64,000 bases of DNA from an uncultured Gemmatimonadales bacterium (GTDB taxonomy: Bacteria; Gemmatimonadota; Gemmatimonadetes; Gemmatimonadales; Gemmatimonadaceae), in the NCBI GenBank assembly GCA_963850905.1, contig CAWKMU010000003.1, positions 2,528,001-2,592,000 on the forward strand, given 5' to 3'. The notes below the pieces were generated by a model. It searched no databases and had not been told where the DNA came from. It was given only the letters and a program-made list of their open reading frames with translations. Numbering within the stretch: the stretch's first letter is position 1; every line of letters starts with the position of its first letter. Positions 10,530 through 21,317 of the stretch are shown here, piece after piece. The position numbers and the translations under genes were made by a program.

Positions 10530-11093
10530 ATGCGTATCGTCGCCGGACGCTGGCGCGGCCGTACGATCGCCGCTCCCGCGGGGCGAGTCGTACGACCGAC
10601 CGCCGATCGTGTACGGGAGGCATGGATGAGCGTCGTGCAGCCGTGGTTGCACAACGCGCGCGTGCTCGACCTCTTCGCCGGTTCAGGAGCACTGGGACTC
10701 GAGGCGCTGTCGCGCGGCGCGGCGCAGGCGGATTTCGTCGAGCAGGCAGCGCCGAGCCTGCGCGCATTGCGCGAGAACATCGCATCCCTTGGCGCCGCCG
10801 ACCACTCGCGCGTACGACGCGCCGACGCGCTGCGCACCATTGCCCGGCTCGAGCCGGGCGCGTATGACGTAGCGTTCGCCGATCCGCCGTACGGTCTCGG
10901 CTTGGCGGCGTCGGTCGCCGAACGCTGGCTCGAGACACCGTTCGCGACGATTCTCGGTGTCGAGCATTCCACGCGTGAGACCATGCCGCCTGGCGGCCAC
11001 ACGCGAACGTATGGATCGACCGCCCTCACCGTCTACCGCGCCGACGACAACGCGCGAACGGCTCGGGACGATCGGGAGGCGCCATCATGGTGA
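10530..11093 (+). CDS. rsmD: 16S rRNA m2G966 methyltransferase
   Basis: MRIVAG, RPTADRVRE, LDLFAGSGALGLEALSRGA, DPPY. Confidence 0.93.
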   Translation: MRIVAGRWRGRTIAAPAGRVVRPTADRVREAWMSVVQPWLHNARVLDLFAGSGALGLEALSRGAAQADFVEQAAPSLRALRENIASLGAADHSRVRRADALRTIARLEPGAYDVAFADPPYGLGLAASVAERWLETPFATILGVEHSTRETMPPGGHTRTYGSTALTVYRADDNARTARDDREAPSW

Positions 11094-11617
11094 GTCGGAA
11101 GCGGAAGCGGGGCGGCGCGCCCAGCGCGCCTGAGGGCCGGATCGCGGTCTATGCCGGGAGCTTCGACCCGATCACGCGTGGTCATGAGGACCTGATTCGG
11201 CGAAGCCTGGAGTTCGTGGATCGCCTCGTCGTGGCCGTTGCGTTGAACTCCTCGAAGCAGGCGTTGTTCGAGATCGACGAGCGGCTGGATCTCATTCGCG
11301 CCACCGTCGGCCCGAATCCGCGAATCGATGTGCGGTCCTTCAACGGCCTGCTGGTGGATTTTGCGGCCGAAGTGGGCGCGCGCCTGATTATCCGGGGACT
11401 GCGGGCAGTCAGCGACTTCGAGTACGAGTTTCAGATGGCATTGATGAACCGGCATCTGACATCGGGTCGGCTCGAGACCGTGTTCATGGTCCCATCCCTC
11501 GATACCACCTACATCAGCTCCAGCATCGTCCGCGAAGTAGCGCGCTACGGCGGCAACGTCCGCGATCTGGTCCACCCCAGGGTGGCCGCGGCGCTGCGGT
11601 CGAAGTTTCCGGCGTGA
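11087..11617 (+). CDS. coaD: pantetheine-phosphate adenylyltransferase
   Basis: [33 protein letters not shown]. Confidence 0.96.
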   Translation: MVSRKRKRGGAPSAPEGRIAVYAGSFDPITRGHEDLIRRSLEFVDRLVVAVALNSSKQALFEIDERLDLIRATVGPNPRIDVRSFNGLLVDFAAEVGARLIIRGLRAVSDFEYEFQMALMNRHLTSGRLETVFMVPSLDTTYISSSIVREVARYGGNVRDLVHPRVAAALRSKFPA

Positions 11618-12600
11618 TCGACGATCGGCCCGGCGGCCCGGACCGCTCCACCGCGGGGCCGGAGTCCACACGCGGCTTTGTAACGAGTTTGCGCGCGCGC
11701 GCCTCGCGCGCGCATCGGCGCGTGGCATTTCCGGAGACTGGAGATCCTCGGACGCTCGTGGCCATCGAGCGGCTCGCTGCTGCTCGCATCGTCGAGCCCG
11801 TGGTCGTGCTGGACGAGTCGAATCCCGAGGCCCAGCGCGCAGCACGAGCGCTCGCTGACCGAGCAGGACTGGAGTGCGTGAGCCCGGGGCCGACGGGAGC
11901 ACTCGTCACGGCGCTCGAGCTTCTGCATGCCGGTTTGGTCGATTCGTGCGTCGCCGGGGCGTCGCACACCACGGCGGCGGTCCTCCGCGGGGCGCTCAGG
12001 ATCGTCGGGAAGGCTCCTGGTGTTGAGCTCGTTTCCAGCGCGTTCTATATGGTGCTCCGCGCCCAGCAGCACCCGGGCGTGGGAGGCGACGTGCTGACCT
12101 TCACGGACTGCGCGGTCGTGCCCGAGCCCACGTCGGTGCAACTGGCCGATATCGCCCTCGCGGCCGCGCGGGACCGCGCGCGCGTGGTCGGAGATGAGCC
12201 GCGGGTCGCGTTTCTTTCCTTCAGCACACTCGGGAGTGGTGGGACCGCCTCACCGTCGATTGCGCGCGTGCGTGCGGCTGTGGAGCTCACGCGCGAGCGG
12301 GAGCCCGGGCTGGCGGTGGACGGCGAAATACAGGTGGACGCCGCCCTGATCCCCGAGGTCGCCACCCGAAAGGGTGCCGGCCAAGTGCTCGCGGGACGCG
12401 CGAACGTGTTAGTCTTTCCGTCACTGGATGCGGGCAACATCGCGTACAAGCTCGTCGAGCGGTTGGGAGGAGCGACGGCGATCGGGCCCATCATTCAGGG
12501 CTTGGCGCGACCGTGTTCGGATCTATCGCGGGGTGCCAGTCCGGATGACATTATCAACGTGGCGGCAGTGACCGCCGTGCAGGCCACCGAGCCCGCCTAA
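11614..12600 (+). CDS. pta: phosphate acetyltransferase
   Basis: [38 protein letters not shown]. Confidence 0.9.
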   Translation: MIDDRPGGPDRSTAGPESTRGFVTSLRARASRAHRRVAFPETGDPRTLVAIERLAAARIVEPVVVLDESNPEAQRAARALADRAGLECVSPGPTGALVTALELLHAGLVDSCVAGASHTTAAVLRGALRIVGKAPGVELVSSAFYMVLRAQQHPGVGGDVLTFTDCAVVPEPTSVQLADIALAAARDRARVVGDEPRVAFLSFSTLGSGGTASPSIARVRAAVELTREREPGLAVDGEIQVDAALIPEVATRKGAGQVLAGRANVLVFPSLDAGNIAYKLVERLGGATAIGPIIQGLARPCSDLSRGASPDDIINVAAVTAVQATEPA

Positions 12601-12619
12601 CGCCGGAGAATTCCGTCCG

Positions 12620-12952
12620 ATGAGCTTCACGATGACGAAGCATGGAGCTGTGGTCGTGGTGGATGTCGAGGGACAGCTGATCGTTGGGAATCGCCAGGAG
12701 CTCAAGCAGAAGGTGCTCGACGAGCTGGAGAAGGGCGAGCGCAAATTCCTGATCGACTTCGGGCGCACGGGCTACATCGACAGCTCGGGGCTGGGCGTGC
12801 TGGTCTCGCTCTCCAAGAAGATTCGCGAGCAGGGCGGCGAGTTGCGGCTCGCGAATCTCAACGATGATCTCAAGACGCTCTTCGAGCTCACCAAGCTGGA
12901 CACGCTCTTTCAGATCGCCGACAGCCGCGACCGCGGGCTGGAGAGCTTCTAG
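12620..12952 (+). CDS. STAS anti-sigma factor antagonist (RsbV/SpoIIAA-like)
   Basis: YIDSSGLGVLV phospho-Ser motif. Confidence 0.92.
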   Translation: MSFTMTKHGAVVVVDVEGQLIVGNRQELKQKVLDELEKGERKFLIDFGRTGYIDSSGLGVLVSLSKKIREQGGELRLANLNDDLKTLFELTKLDTLFQIADSRDRGLESF

Positions 12953-12970
12953 CCTGGGACAGCGACGCAG

Positions 12971-13543
12971 GTGTGTGATCGCGACCGGGGTGAGCATGCC
13001 CGCGGTCAGCGCGCGCGGGCTGGACTGAGCGGCGTGCACGAGCGACGTCACTCGGGTGCGCAGCCGGCCCCGCTCTCGAGTGGCGGGGGCGGGCTCGAGC
13101 CCGCGCGGTTCGCGCTGGAGTTGGAGGTCGCCACTGACGTTCGGCTGATCGGTCGCATCGTCCAGATGGTGAGCCGGGAGATTCGGGAGTTCGACTTTCC
13201 CGCGCATCTCTGCTCGCTCAATGTGCCCGTCGCTTTGAGTGAGGCACTGTCCAATGCGATGCTGCGCGGCAACGCGGACGATCCCGAAAAGATGGTCCAC
13301 GTGCGGATGGCCGTCGACGACCGACGCCTCGTGCTGGAAGTCTCGGATGAAGGGCGCGGCTTCGACCTCGATCAGTGCACGCAAGACCCGACGACCGCCG
13401 ACAACATGCTGCGAGAGGACGGCCGCGGGCTGTTCCTGATGCGGCGCCTCATGGACCAGGTGGAGCGCTACACCGAGGACGGCGCGACCCGGCGCAACGT
13501 CGTCCGCCTGACACTCTTTCGGAGGCACCCGGCGGCGCCATGA
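12971..13543 (+). CDS. anti-sigma factor / Ser kinase (RsbW-like HATPase); start uncertain
   Basis: EALSNAMLRGN, VSDEGRGFD, GRGLFLM boxes. Confidence 0.85.
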   Translation: MCDRDRGEHARGQRARAGLSGVHERRHSGAQPAPLSSGGGGLEPARFALELEVATDVRLIGRIVQMVSREIREFDFPAHLCSLNVPVALSEALSNAMLRGNADDPEKMVHVRMAVDDRRLVLEVSDEGRGFDLDQCTQDPTTADNMLREDGRGLFLMRRLMDQVERYTEDGATRRNVVRLTLFRRHPAAP

Positions 13544-15147
13544 GAGAGCAAGACCTGAGCGTCGTGCTGACCGCGTTCTATGACGCCACGCGATGTCCAG
13601 CTACGCTCTGGATGCAGACCGATCCCGCCCGGCCCCTGCATCTATTGGCGGTCGCGCCCCCGAGCACGGCCGTCACGCCGCCCACTGCTGCACTCCTCCC
13701 GCGTGGCCCCGAGCCTCACACGCTGGCGGGACCCGAGGGGCGCAAGCTTGCAGCGCGCATTCCGCCCGCGAAGCATGTGTGGCTGGTCCTCGGGCCATCT
13801 CCGAGCGGCGGCTTGCCGCTCAACAACCTGTTCCAATTCCTCGCGCCGGTCGTATCGCAGATCCTGCAGACGGCGATGGAGGTCGAGCATGCCGCCACCG
13901 AGCTCGCCGAACGGTACGAGGAGATCAACCTGCTCTACACGATCAGCGAGATACTCGGCCGCACTGTTCGCCTCGAGGAAGCCGCCGCGACGATTCTGCG
14001 CGAGATCTCCGAGACGGTGGGTGCGCGCCGGGCTTCGATTCTGGTGCACGATCGGGTCACGGATACCCTGCAGGTCGTCGCTGCCTTGGGTGTTCCGGCC
14101 GAAGACGCGCCGCCGATCGCCGTCGACGATACGACCAGCGTGTCGGCGCGGGTGTTCCGCACGCAGCACGCCATGATCGTCGACGGCGATGAGATGGCCT
14201 GCGAAGCCGAAGCGTCATATCGCCGTGGCTCGATGATGTCGGTCCCGATCATGTGGACGTCGCCGGAGGGCGGTGAACCACTCGGCGTCGTGAATCTCTC
14301 CGAGCGGCGCTCGGGGCATCCCTTCTCGGCGGGTGACCAGAAGCTCGTCGCGGCGATTGCGACCCAGATCGGCACCGCGATCCAGAATGCACGACTCGTG
14401 CGGGCATCGCTCGCGCAACAGCGTCTGGTGCAGGAAATGGAGCTCGCCCACGATCTGCAAATGCGCCTGCTGCCGACGGGCGCGGTTGTCGCGCCCCAGG
14501 CGGAGGTGGCCGCGCGGGTCGTGCCGGCGGAGAGCGTGGGTGGCGACTTCTACAACCTCTTTCGGTTGGGCCCCGACGCCACGGGCGCGATGATCGGGGA
14601 CGTGTCGAGTCATGGCTATCGGGCGGCGCTCATCATGGCGCTCGCCATGAGCGCGTCCGCTATTCACGCCCAGGCGTCCACCGATCCGGGCGAGACGATC
14701 ACCGCCCTGCAGGCGTCGCTGCGAGATGAGCTCCTCACGACGGAGATGTTCATCACGCTGTTCTATGGGGTCGTCGACCGGTCCAGCGGCCAGCTGCGCT
14801 ACGCGAACATGGGGCATCCGCACGCCTTCGTCGTCGGCGGCACCGGCGCGGTCCAGCGACTCCCTGCGCTCGACCCGCCCCTCGGAATGGTCGACGCCCG
14901 GCCGCACTCGGCGGCTCGGTCGTGGGCGTGCGGGCGCGACGTACTGGTGTTGTTCACCGATGGCATCAGCGACGCGCGCAACCGCGCCAATGTGCGCCTC
15001 GGGGAACAGGCCGTGCTCGACACTGTTCTGGCCAATCGTGCACGGCCCGTTGCCGAGATCATCGACCGGGTGTTCGACACGCTCAGGGCGCATACGGGCG
15101 AAGTGCCGCCGCGCGACGACTTGACGCTCATCGTTCTCCGCAGCTGA
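13540..15147 (+). CDS. GAF + PP2C/SpoIIE phosphatase (RsbU-like)
   Basis: GAF domain; VGGDFY, GDVSSHG, FTDGI, DDLT; ATGA overlap. Confidence 0.9.
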   Translation: MREQDLSVVLTAFYDATRCPATLWMQTDPARPLHLLAVAPPSTAVTPPTAALLPRGPEPHTLAGPEGRKLAARIPPAKHVWLVLGPSPSGGLPLNNLFQFLAPVVSQILQTAMEVEHAATELAERYEEINLLYTISEILGRTVRLEEAAATILREISETVGARRASILVHDRVTDTLQVVAALGVPAEDAPPIAVDDTTSVSARVFRTQHAMIVDGDEMACEAEASYRRGSMMSVPIMWTSPEGGEPLGVVNLSERRSGHPFSAGDQKLVAAIATQIGTAIQNARLVRASLAQQRLVQEMELAHDLQMRLLPTGAVVAPQAEVAARVVPAESVGGDFYNLFRLGPDATGAMIGDVSSHGYRAALIMALAMSASAIHAQASTDPGETITALQASLRDELLTTEMFITLFYGVVDRSSGQLRYANMGHPHAFVVGGTGAVQRLPALDPPLGMVDARPHSAARSWACGRDVLVLFTDGISDARNRANVRLGEQAVLDTVLANRARPVAEIIDRVFDTLRAHTGEVPPRDDLTLIVLRS

Positions 15148-15152
15148 GCCGC

Positions 15153-15969
15153 ATGCGCCGGCACCCGCGGCGCGGCGCTGACCAATGGCCGCGTCCGAGG
15201 AAGCGACTGGGACAGCACTTTCTCACCGATCCTCGCGTGCTCGCGCGGATCGCCGACGCGCTCGCGCCGACGGGCGACGACACGGTCGTGGAGATCGGGC
15301 CCGGCCGCGGTTCGCTGACCGCGGAATTGCTCGCCCGCGCAGGGCGGGTCGTCGCGATCGAGCTGGACGGAGCACTCGCCGCGCGGCTTCGATCGGCGTA
15401 CGCGGACCGGGATGCCCTCACCGTGATCGAGGGCGATGCGCTGGACCTGTCCCTGGCCGGTGCCGCGGGCCGGGCCGATTACCTGGCTGCCGGCAACGTG
15501 CCGTACTACATCACGACGCCAATTCTTTTTCACTCACTCGAGGCGCCGCGCCCGCGCCGATCCGTGTTTCTTGTGCAGCGCGAGGTCGCCGAGCGCGTGG
15601 TCGCGCCCCCCGGCACCGTCGGCGTATGGCGCGCTGTCGGTCAACGTGCAAGCGCTCGCGGAGCCGACGATCGCCTTTACGATCGCACCCGGCGCCTTTA
15701 CGCCGCCGCCGCGCGTCGACTCGGCCGTGCTGCGCCTCGTCCCGCGACGAGACCCGGTGGTGACGGACCAGGAGCAGCCCGACTACTCGGCGTTTGTCAT
15801 CGCCGCCTTCGGCCTCCGCCGGAAGCAAATGCGCCGCGTCGTGCGGACGCTGCGCGGCCTCACGCCGAGCGCCGCGGACGCGCTGCTCGAAGGGGCGGGT
15901 GTCGCGCCAGACGCACGTCCCGAGGTATTGACGCCCGCACAGTTCGCGGCTGTCTACCGCGCATTGTGA
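15153..15969 (+). CDS. rsmA: 16S rRNA dimethyladenosine transferase, one frameshift near 15605-15625
   Basis: KRLGQHFL, EIGPGRG, NVPYYIT, QREVAER in one frame; YGALSV, FTPPPRVDS in another. Confidence 0.9.
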
Positions 15970-15972
15970 GAA

Positions 15973-16116
15973 CTGAACGGCGGGTCTGGGGTTTGGGGTC
16001 TGGGGTTTGGGGAACGGCAAAACCACACGGCCAGTCACCGTGTGCGGCGGCCGACCCTCGCGTTTTGGTGCGGCTTCCCGAGACCCCAAACCCCAGACCC
16101 CAGACGCGCAGTTCAG
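15973..16116. repeat. palindrome with GGGGT(C/T)T heptamer arms
   Basis: CTGAAC..GGGTCTGGGGTTTGGGGTCTGGGGTTTGGGG, spacer, then the inverted arm ending GTTCAG; between convergent rsmA and rex. Confidence 0.85.
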
Positions 16117-16784
16117 CCCTTCCCCTTCTCCTTGGCCAAGGCATACGACAGCACTTCCAATTCCGCTGCCATGTTGACCCCCTGCACAGCGACGCCGCCC
16201 GGGACGCGAATCCGAGTCGGTGCGAAGTTGAGGATGCCGGTGATACCTGCCTGTACCGCGCGGTCCGCCGTTTCCTGCGCGCGGTCCGCCGGCACGGCAA
16301 GGACTGCAATGTCCGGGTGCTCGCGCGCGGCATCGTGCTCGAGGTTCGACACGTCTCGGATCACGAGGCCCGGCGTGATCGCGCCGATCTTGGCCGGGTC
16401 GTTGTCATACACGGCGATCACGCTGAACCCGCGCCGGCGGAACCCCGAGTATTCGGCCAGCGCGCTCCCGATTTTCCCCGCGCCAATGATCACGACGCGC
16501 CACACCCGCCCGAGGCCGAGGATCTCGCGCAGCTCGGCGATCAGCTCTGGCACCCCGTAGCCGAGCCCTCGCTTGCCGAAGGAGCCGAATACCGAGAGGT
16601 CCTTGCGCACCTGCGCGGAACTCGTGCCGGCCAGCGCGGCAAGCTCATCGCTCGAGATCGTCGCCAACCCACGCTCCTCGAATTCCTCGAGCAGGCGGAG
16701 GTACAGCGAGAGTCGCCGCACCGTTGGCTCTGCGATGCGTTTCGTCGTTGTCGTGCGGCCCCCGGAACTCGAGTGGGACGTCAC
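16113..16784 (-). CDS. rex: redox-sensing transcriptional repressor Rex
   Basis: TVRRLSLYLR, QVRKDLS.FG.FGKRG.GY, GAGKIG, GILNFAP. Confidence 0.96.
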   Translation of the reverse strand: MTSHSSSGGRTTTTKRIAEPTVRRLSLYLRLLEEFEERGLATISSDELAALAGTSSAQVRKDLSVFGSFGKRGLGYGVPELIAELREILGLGRVWRVVIIGAGKIGSALAEYSGFRRRGFSVIAVYDNDPAKIGAITPGLVIRDVSNLEHDAAREHPDIAVLAVPADRAQETADRAVQAGITGILNFAPTRIRVPGGVAVQGVNMAAELEVLSYALAKEKGKG

Positions 16785-16909
16785 GGCGCAGGGGAGAGAA
16801 TCACGGCGTAGAATTAATTAAGTTGCTGCGTGCCAGTCCACGCCTTTCGTGAGATATCATTGCTTCTTAACTCGGTCTCCGTGTCGCGGCCATTGGCGGT
16901 GCACGCGGG

Positions 16910-17602
16910 GTGACGCTGCCGCTGCTGGGCCCAGATGCGATGCCGCCGTTGCTGACGAGTCAGCGTCTCACGACGTTGTCCTACGCGGTGGTCGATGTCG
17001 AGACGACGGGTGGTTCTCCCTGGACCGGACATCGCGTCACGGAGATTGCCGCCGTGATTGTCCGCGAGGGTCGAGTCGCCGACACCTTCGAGACGCTTGT
17101 GAATCCCGAGCGGCCCATCCCGGCGTTCATAACGCGCTTGACCCATATCACCCCGTCCATGGTGCGCGACAAGCCGCCCTTTGGCGCGATTGCGCCCCGC
17201 GTCGCGGAATTTCTGCGCGGGCACGTGTTCGTCGCCCACAACGCGGGGTTCGATCGCCGGTTCGTCGAGATGGAGGTGCAACGCGCTGGGCATTACTGGA
17301 CGGGAGATCGCGTGCTCTGCACCGTCCGTTTGGCGCGTCGCCTCGTGCCGCACCTGCGCCGCCGGTCGCTCGACCATCTGGCGCACCACTACGGCGTGCG
17401 CATCAACGACCGGCATCGGGCCATGGGTGACGCGATGGCGACAGCGCTCTGCTTCATCCGGCTGCTCGACGACGCCGGCACGTGCGGGCTGGACACGTGG
17501 GGCGACGTCGTGCGCCTGGTAACGCCCGGGAGGGCGCGCGGACGCAAGCGGCGCAAGCCGTCGGCGCTGCCGCAAAGCGGGCAGTGGGAGCTCGGAGCGT
17601 GA
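16910..17602 (+). CDS. DEDDh 3'-5' exonuclease (DnaQ-like)
   Basis: VVDVETTG, AHNAGFD, HRAMGDA. Confidence 0.9.
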   Translation: MTLPLLGPDAMPPLLTSQRLTTLSYAVVDVETTGGSPWTGHRVTEIAAVIVREGRVADTFETLVNPERPIPAFITRLTHITPSMVRDKPPFGAIAPRVAEFLRGHVFVAHNAGFDRRFVEMEVQRAGHYWTGDRVLCTVRLARRLVPHLRRRSLDHLAHHYGVRINDRHRAMGDAMATALCFIRLLDDAGTCGLDTWGDVVRLVTPGRARGRKRRKPSALPQSGQWELGA

Positions 17603-18465
17603 CCGCGACACCCTTGCACGAGCGACGCCAGATCGGCGGTCTGACCGTGCACGCCATCCGCTCCGGAAGCCTGCGATTGGATGGGGGCGCGATGTTCGGC
17701 ATCGTGCCCAAGCCGTTATGGGAGCGCCGTGCCGCGGCAGACGAGCGCAACCGGATCTTGCTCGGGATGCGGTCGTTCCTGATCGAGCACGACGTCGGCC
17801 TCGTGCTCGTGGAGACCGGGTTGGGCAACAAGGAGGACGCCAAGTTCCGGGACATCTACGGCGTCGAAAACGCCGGCGCCGACCACCGCACAGCGCTGGA
17901 AGATGGCTTGCACGCGGCCGGATTCCGGCCCGAGGACGTGGCGATCGTGATCGACACCCATCTCCACTTCGACCACGCCGGCGGCAACACGTACCGGGAT
18001 CGGGATGGCGCCATTCGCCTCACGTTCCCCAAGGCGCGATACGTCGTGCAGTCCGGGGAGTATCACTACGCGACGCACACCAACGAGCGCACGGCCGGGA
18101 GCTACTTCGCCCACAACTTTGTGCCGGTACGCGAGGCTGGCGCCTTCGATCTGATCGACGGCGAGCGAGAGATGGTTCCGGGCATCCGGCTGCTGCCTAC
18201 GCCAGGCCACACGCCGCACCATCAAAGTGTCCTGCTCGAGTCCGGCGGAGTCCGCGCCTGCATCCTTGCGGACCTGGTTCCGACGACCACCCATCTCCCG
18301 CTCCCCTGGATCATGGGCTACGACGTCGAGCCCCTGGTGACGCTCGAGACCAAACGCCGCGTGCTGGAGCGAGCCCAGGCCGAGGACTGGTTGTTGTTGT
18401 TTGTGCATGATCCGGGGATCGTCGGGGGCAGGTTGGTTGGAGGGGAGTTCAGGGCGGAGGGCTAG
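17599..18465 (+). CDS. MBL-fold metallo-hydrolase (YtnP-like)
   Basis: LDGGAMFGIVPK, THLHFDHAGG, GHTPHH. Confidence 0.9.
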   Translation: MTATPLHERRQIGGLTVHAIRSGSLRLDGGAMFGIVPKPLWERRAAADERNRILLGMRSFLIEHDVGLVLVETGLGNKEDAKFRDIYGVENAGADHRTALEDGLHAAGFRPEDVAIVIDTHLHFDHAGGNTYRDRDGAIRLTFPKARYVVQSGEYHYATHTNERTAGSYFAHNFVPVREAGAFDLIDGEREMVPGIRLLPTPGHTPHHQSVLLESGGVRACILADLVPTTTHLPLPWIMGYDVEPLVTLETKRRVLERAQAEDWLLLFVHDPGIVGGRLVGGEFRAEG

Positions 18466-18700
18466 GGCCCCGTGCAGGGTCGGGGGTCACGGGAACGACA
18501 CCCGCAACCGCGGGCGGGCTGAAGCCCGCCCCTACATGTTGCTGCGGGCGCCGACGTCATCCAATTCGGCGACTTGGCTTCGCGAACGAAGAAGGCCACC
18601 CGATTCTTTCGCCCTCACACCGACATGTAGGGGCGACCTTCAGGTCGCCCGCGGTTGTCCGGTCGCCGTTGGCCGTCCCCTGACCTCTGACCCCGCCGTT
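18466..18700. repeat. second composite REP-pair element
   Basis: GGGCGGGCTGAAGCCCGCCCCTAC at 18512-18535; inverted GTAGGGGCG... at 18627-18650; right end CTGACCCCGCCGTT as at 2200. Confidence 0.85.
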
Positions 18701-18719
18701 AAGGTTTCACCGCCTTCCC

Positions 18720-18910
18720 TTGACCGGCCGTCCCGACGCGCCTAACTTCCGACCCGACAACATAGTAAGCAGCCCCGCTTGGGCTCACCCTCTGGCCGCC
18801 GCGCGACATTTGTCCGCACGGCGCGCTGCAGGAGTTCACGACGACGCCGACGCGCAGCGAGCGACGGCGGTACGCGCGGACTCCATTGAGGGCCGCGCGT
18901 TTTCGTTGTG
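18720..18910 (+). promoter_or_regulatory. promoter plus putative L20-leader-like attenuator of infC-rpmI-rplT
   Basis: TTGACC-17 bp-TAACTT; AAGCAGCCCCGCTT..CTCACC; hairpin ACGCGCGG..CCGCGCGT followed by a T-tract. Confidence 0.5.
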
Positions 18911-18959
18911 ACTGTGGCGGGGCCGAGCGAGTCGTCGATTTCACACTGTGGAGGCAGGC

Positions 18960-19478
18960 ATTATCCAGGACAACACCAAGCGAGTTCGCGTCAATCGGCA
19001 GATCCGGATCAGCCCACTCCGGGTGATCGCTGCCGACGGCAGCCAGATGGGCATCATGGATGTCGATGCCGCGCTGGCCGCGGCACAGGACCAAGGCCTC
19101 GACCTCGTGGAAGTCGCACCGACGGCGCGACCCCCCGTGGTTCGCATCATGGACTACGGGAAGTTCAAGTTCGAGCAGGCCAAGATGGCGCGGCAGGCGA
19201 AGAAGAAGCAGCACGTCATTCACTTGAAAGAAGTGAAGTACCGGCCGGGCATCGAGGACCACGATTTCGAGACGAAGACGCGCCACGCCCGGGAGTTCCT
19301 GCAGGATGGCAACAAGGTGAAGGTCACCATGATGTTCCGCGGTCGGCAGATCGCGCACCCGGAGCTGGGGCGTGAGGTCGTGGATCGCGTCGCGGCAGCG
19401 CTGGCCGATGTCGCGAAGGTCGAGAGCGACGCCAAGTTGGAAGGCAAGTCGATGATCATGATTCTGACGCCGCGATGA
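18960..19478 (+). CDS. infC: translation initiation factor IF-3, non-canonical ATT (or ATC 18963) start
   Basis: RVNRQI, DLVEVAP..PPVVRIMDYGKF, KVKVTMMFRGRQ; GGAGG precedes ATT. Confidence 0.95.
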   Translation: MIQDNTKRVRVNRQIRISPLRVIAADGSQMGIMDVDAALAAAQDQGLDLVEVAPTARPPVVRIMDYGKFKFEQAKMARQAKKKQHVIHLKEVKYRPGIEDHDFETKTRHAREFLQDGNKVKVTMMFRGRQIAHPELGREVVDRVAAALADVAKVESDAKLEGKSMIMILTPR

Positions 19479-19504
19479 CGGCGTCGAGCAAACCAGGGTA
19501 GCGC

Positions 19505-19702
19505 ATGCCGAAGATGAAGACACACAAAGGCGCGGCGAAGCGCTTCAGCGTCACGGGCGCGGGCAAAGTGCGCCGCCTGAAGGCGTTCAAGAGCCACATC
19601 CTCACCAAGAAGTCGCCGAAGCGGAAACGAAACCTCCGTCGCCCCGCGATCGTGAAGACGCCAGGTGAAGTTCGGAACATCAAGCGCCTGATCCAGGCGT
19701 AG
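19505..19702 (+). CDS. rpmI: 50S ribosomal protein L35
   Basis: [21 protein letters not shown]. Confidence 0.97.
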   Translation: MPKMKTHKGAAKRFSVTGAGKVRRLKAFKSHILTKKSPKRKRNLRRPAIVKTPGEVRNIKRLIQA

Positions 19703-19710
19703 GAGGAGCG

Positions 19711-20074
19711 ATGCCACGCGTCAAGTCGAACGTCGTGCGCCTCAGGCGCAAGAAGCAGGTGATGAAGGCCGCCCGTGGCGCGTTCGGCGGCCGGTCGAAG
19801 CTGTGGGGGCCCGCCAAGGAGACGGTGGAGCGCGGGCTGGCGCTATGCGTACCGTGATCGCAAGAACAAGAAGCGGGACTTCCGCCGGCTGTGGATCACG
19901 CGCATCAACGCCGCCGCTCATCAGAACGCGATGACGTACAGCGTGTTCATGAACGGTCTGAAGAAGGCGGGCATCGAAGTCGATCGGAAGGTGCTCGCGG
20001 ACCTTGCCGTCCACGACCCGCAAGCGTTTACCGCGCTGGCCGATCGCGCACGCGACGCGCTGACCGCCGCATAG
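19711..20074 (+). CDS. rplT: 50S ribosomal protein L20, +1 frameshift near 19833
   Basis: MPRVKS...[11 protein letters not shown] in one frame; [24 protein letters not shown] in another. Confidence 0.93.
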
Positions 20075-20242
20075 TTCTCGGCTTCATCGTTGGCACACGG
20101 TGGCGGCAGCGCGACGGGATCGCGGCTGCCGCGCCTTCGTTTTAGCGCCCGGGGGCGCGAAACGTCGGAGAGAGGAGCAAGGTGAGAGGTGAAAGGAGAG
20201 GACAGCAAACTGCGGCACGACATGGGGATCGGGGAGCGGAGC

Positions 20243-21317
20243 ATGACCGGAACGGGCGCTCGAGTAGATCACGAGGAACACCGGCTGTCAGCTGAGGAAT
20301 TTCTGCGCGCTGTCTCGGAGCTTCGCGCTGAGGCGACGGGCCGCATTCCCGTTGCCGCGGGCGTGTCCGAACTGGAAGCGGAGCGGGTCTACTTCCTCGG
20401 ACGGACCAATGGTCGCTTGAAGCAGCTCATGGAGCTCATTGCCCACGCTCGCGCCCGATGATCGCCGCCAGGCGGGGAAGGCGGCGAACGAGGCCAAGGC
20501 GGTCATCGACGCCTTGCTCGAGGAGCGGCGAGCGGCGCTCGCGTCGCGCGGCCGCCGCGCAGCCGACCCAAGACCTCACGATGCCGGGCCGCCGCGTCTG
20601 GACAGGCGGGCGGCACCCCGTCACGCTCGTCATCGACGAGATCGCCGACATCTTCCGCGAGCTCGGCTTCACGATCGCGCTCGGGCCCGAGGCCGAGTCC
20701 GAATGGTACAACTTCACGGCGCTCAACTTCCCGACCGATCACCCGGCGCTCGACATGCACGACACACTGTACCTCGAGAGCGGTACGCTGCTCCGCACCC
20801 ATACGTCGCCGGTGCAGATCCGGACACTACAGCGCTACCAGCCCCCGGTCCGCGTTCTCGTGCCCGGGCAACGTCGTATCGCCGCGACTTCTTCGATGCC
20901 TCGCACGCGCCGATGTTCGCCCAGATCGAAGGCCTGGCGGTCGACGAGGGCGTGAGCTTCGTCGATCTCAAGGCGACGCTGTCCCATTTTGCCCGGCGGT
21001 TCTTCGGCGCTGCCGTGACCCGCTTCCGGCCGAGCTTTTTCCCCTTCACCGAGCCGTCCGCCGAGATGGACGTCGAGTGCCAGATCTGTCACGGCGCCGG
21101 CTGTCGCACGTGCAAGTTCACCGGCTGGTACGAGATCATGGGCTGTGGGATGGTGCATCCGGCGGTGATCGAGGCGTCAGGGCTCGATGCGGAGCGCTAC
21201 ACGGGGTGGGCGTTCGGTATGGGGCCCGCCCGCGTCGCGCAGCAGCGCTACGACATTCCGGACATCCGCGTGCTGTACGACTGGGATGTCCGCGTCCTGG
21301 GCGAGCTCGGCCGATGA
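20243..21317 (+). CDS. pheS: phenylalanine-tRNA ligase alpha, about 3 frameshifts
   Basis: HPALDMHDT, LRTHTSPVQ, RPSFFPFTEPS, GWAFGMG across frames. Confidence 0.92.

Noticed and set aside
14922..16811. 629-aa ORF and other long overlapping or antisense ORFs
   Set aside because: Chimera of the rsmA 5' part, a repeat and the rex antisense strand; typical high-GC shadow ORFs.
16785..16909. Rex operator upstream of rex
   Set aside because: No convincing TTGTGAA-N4-TTCACAA palindrome.
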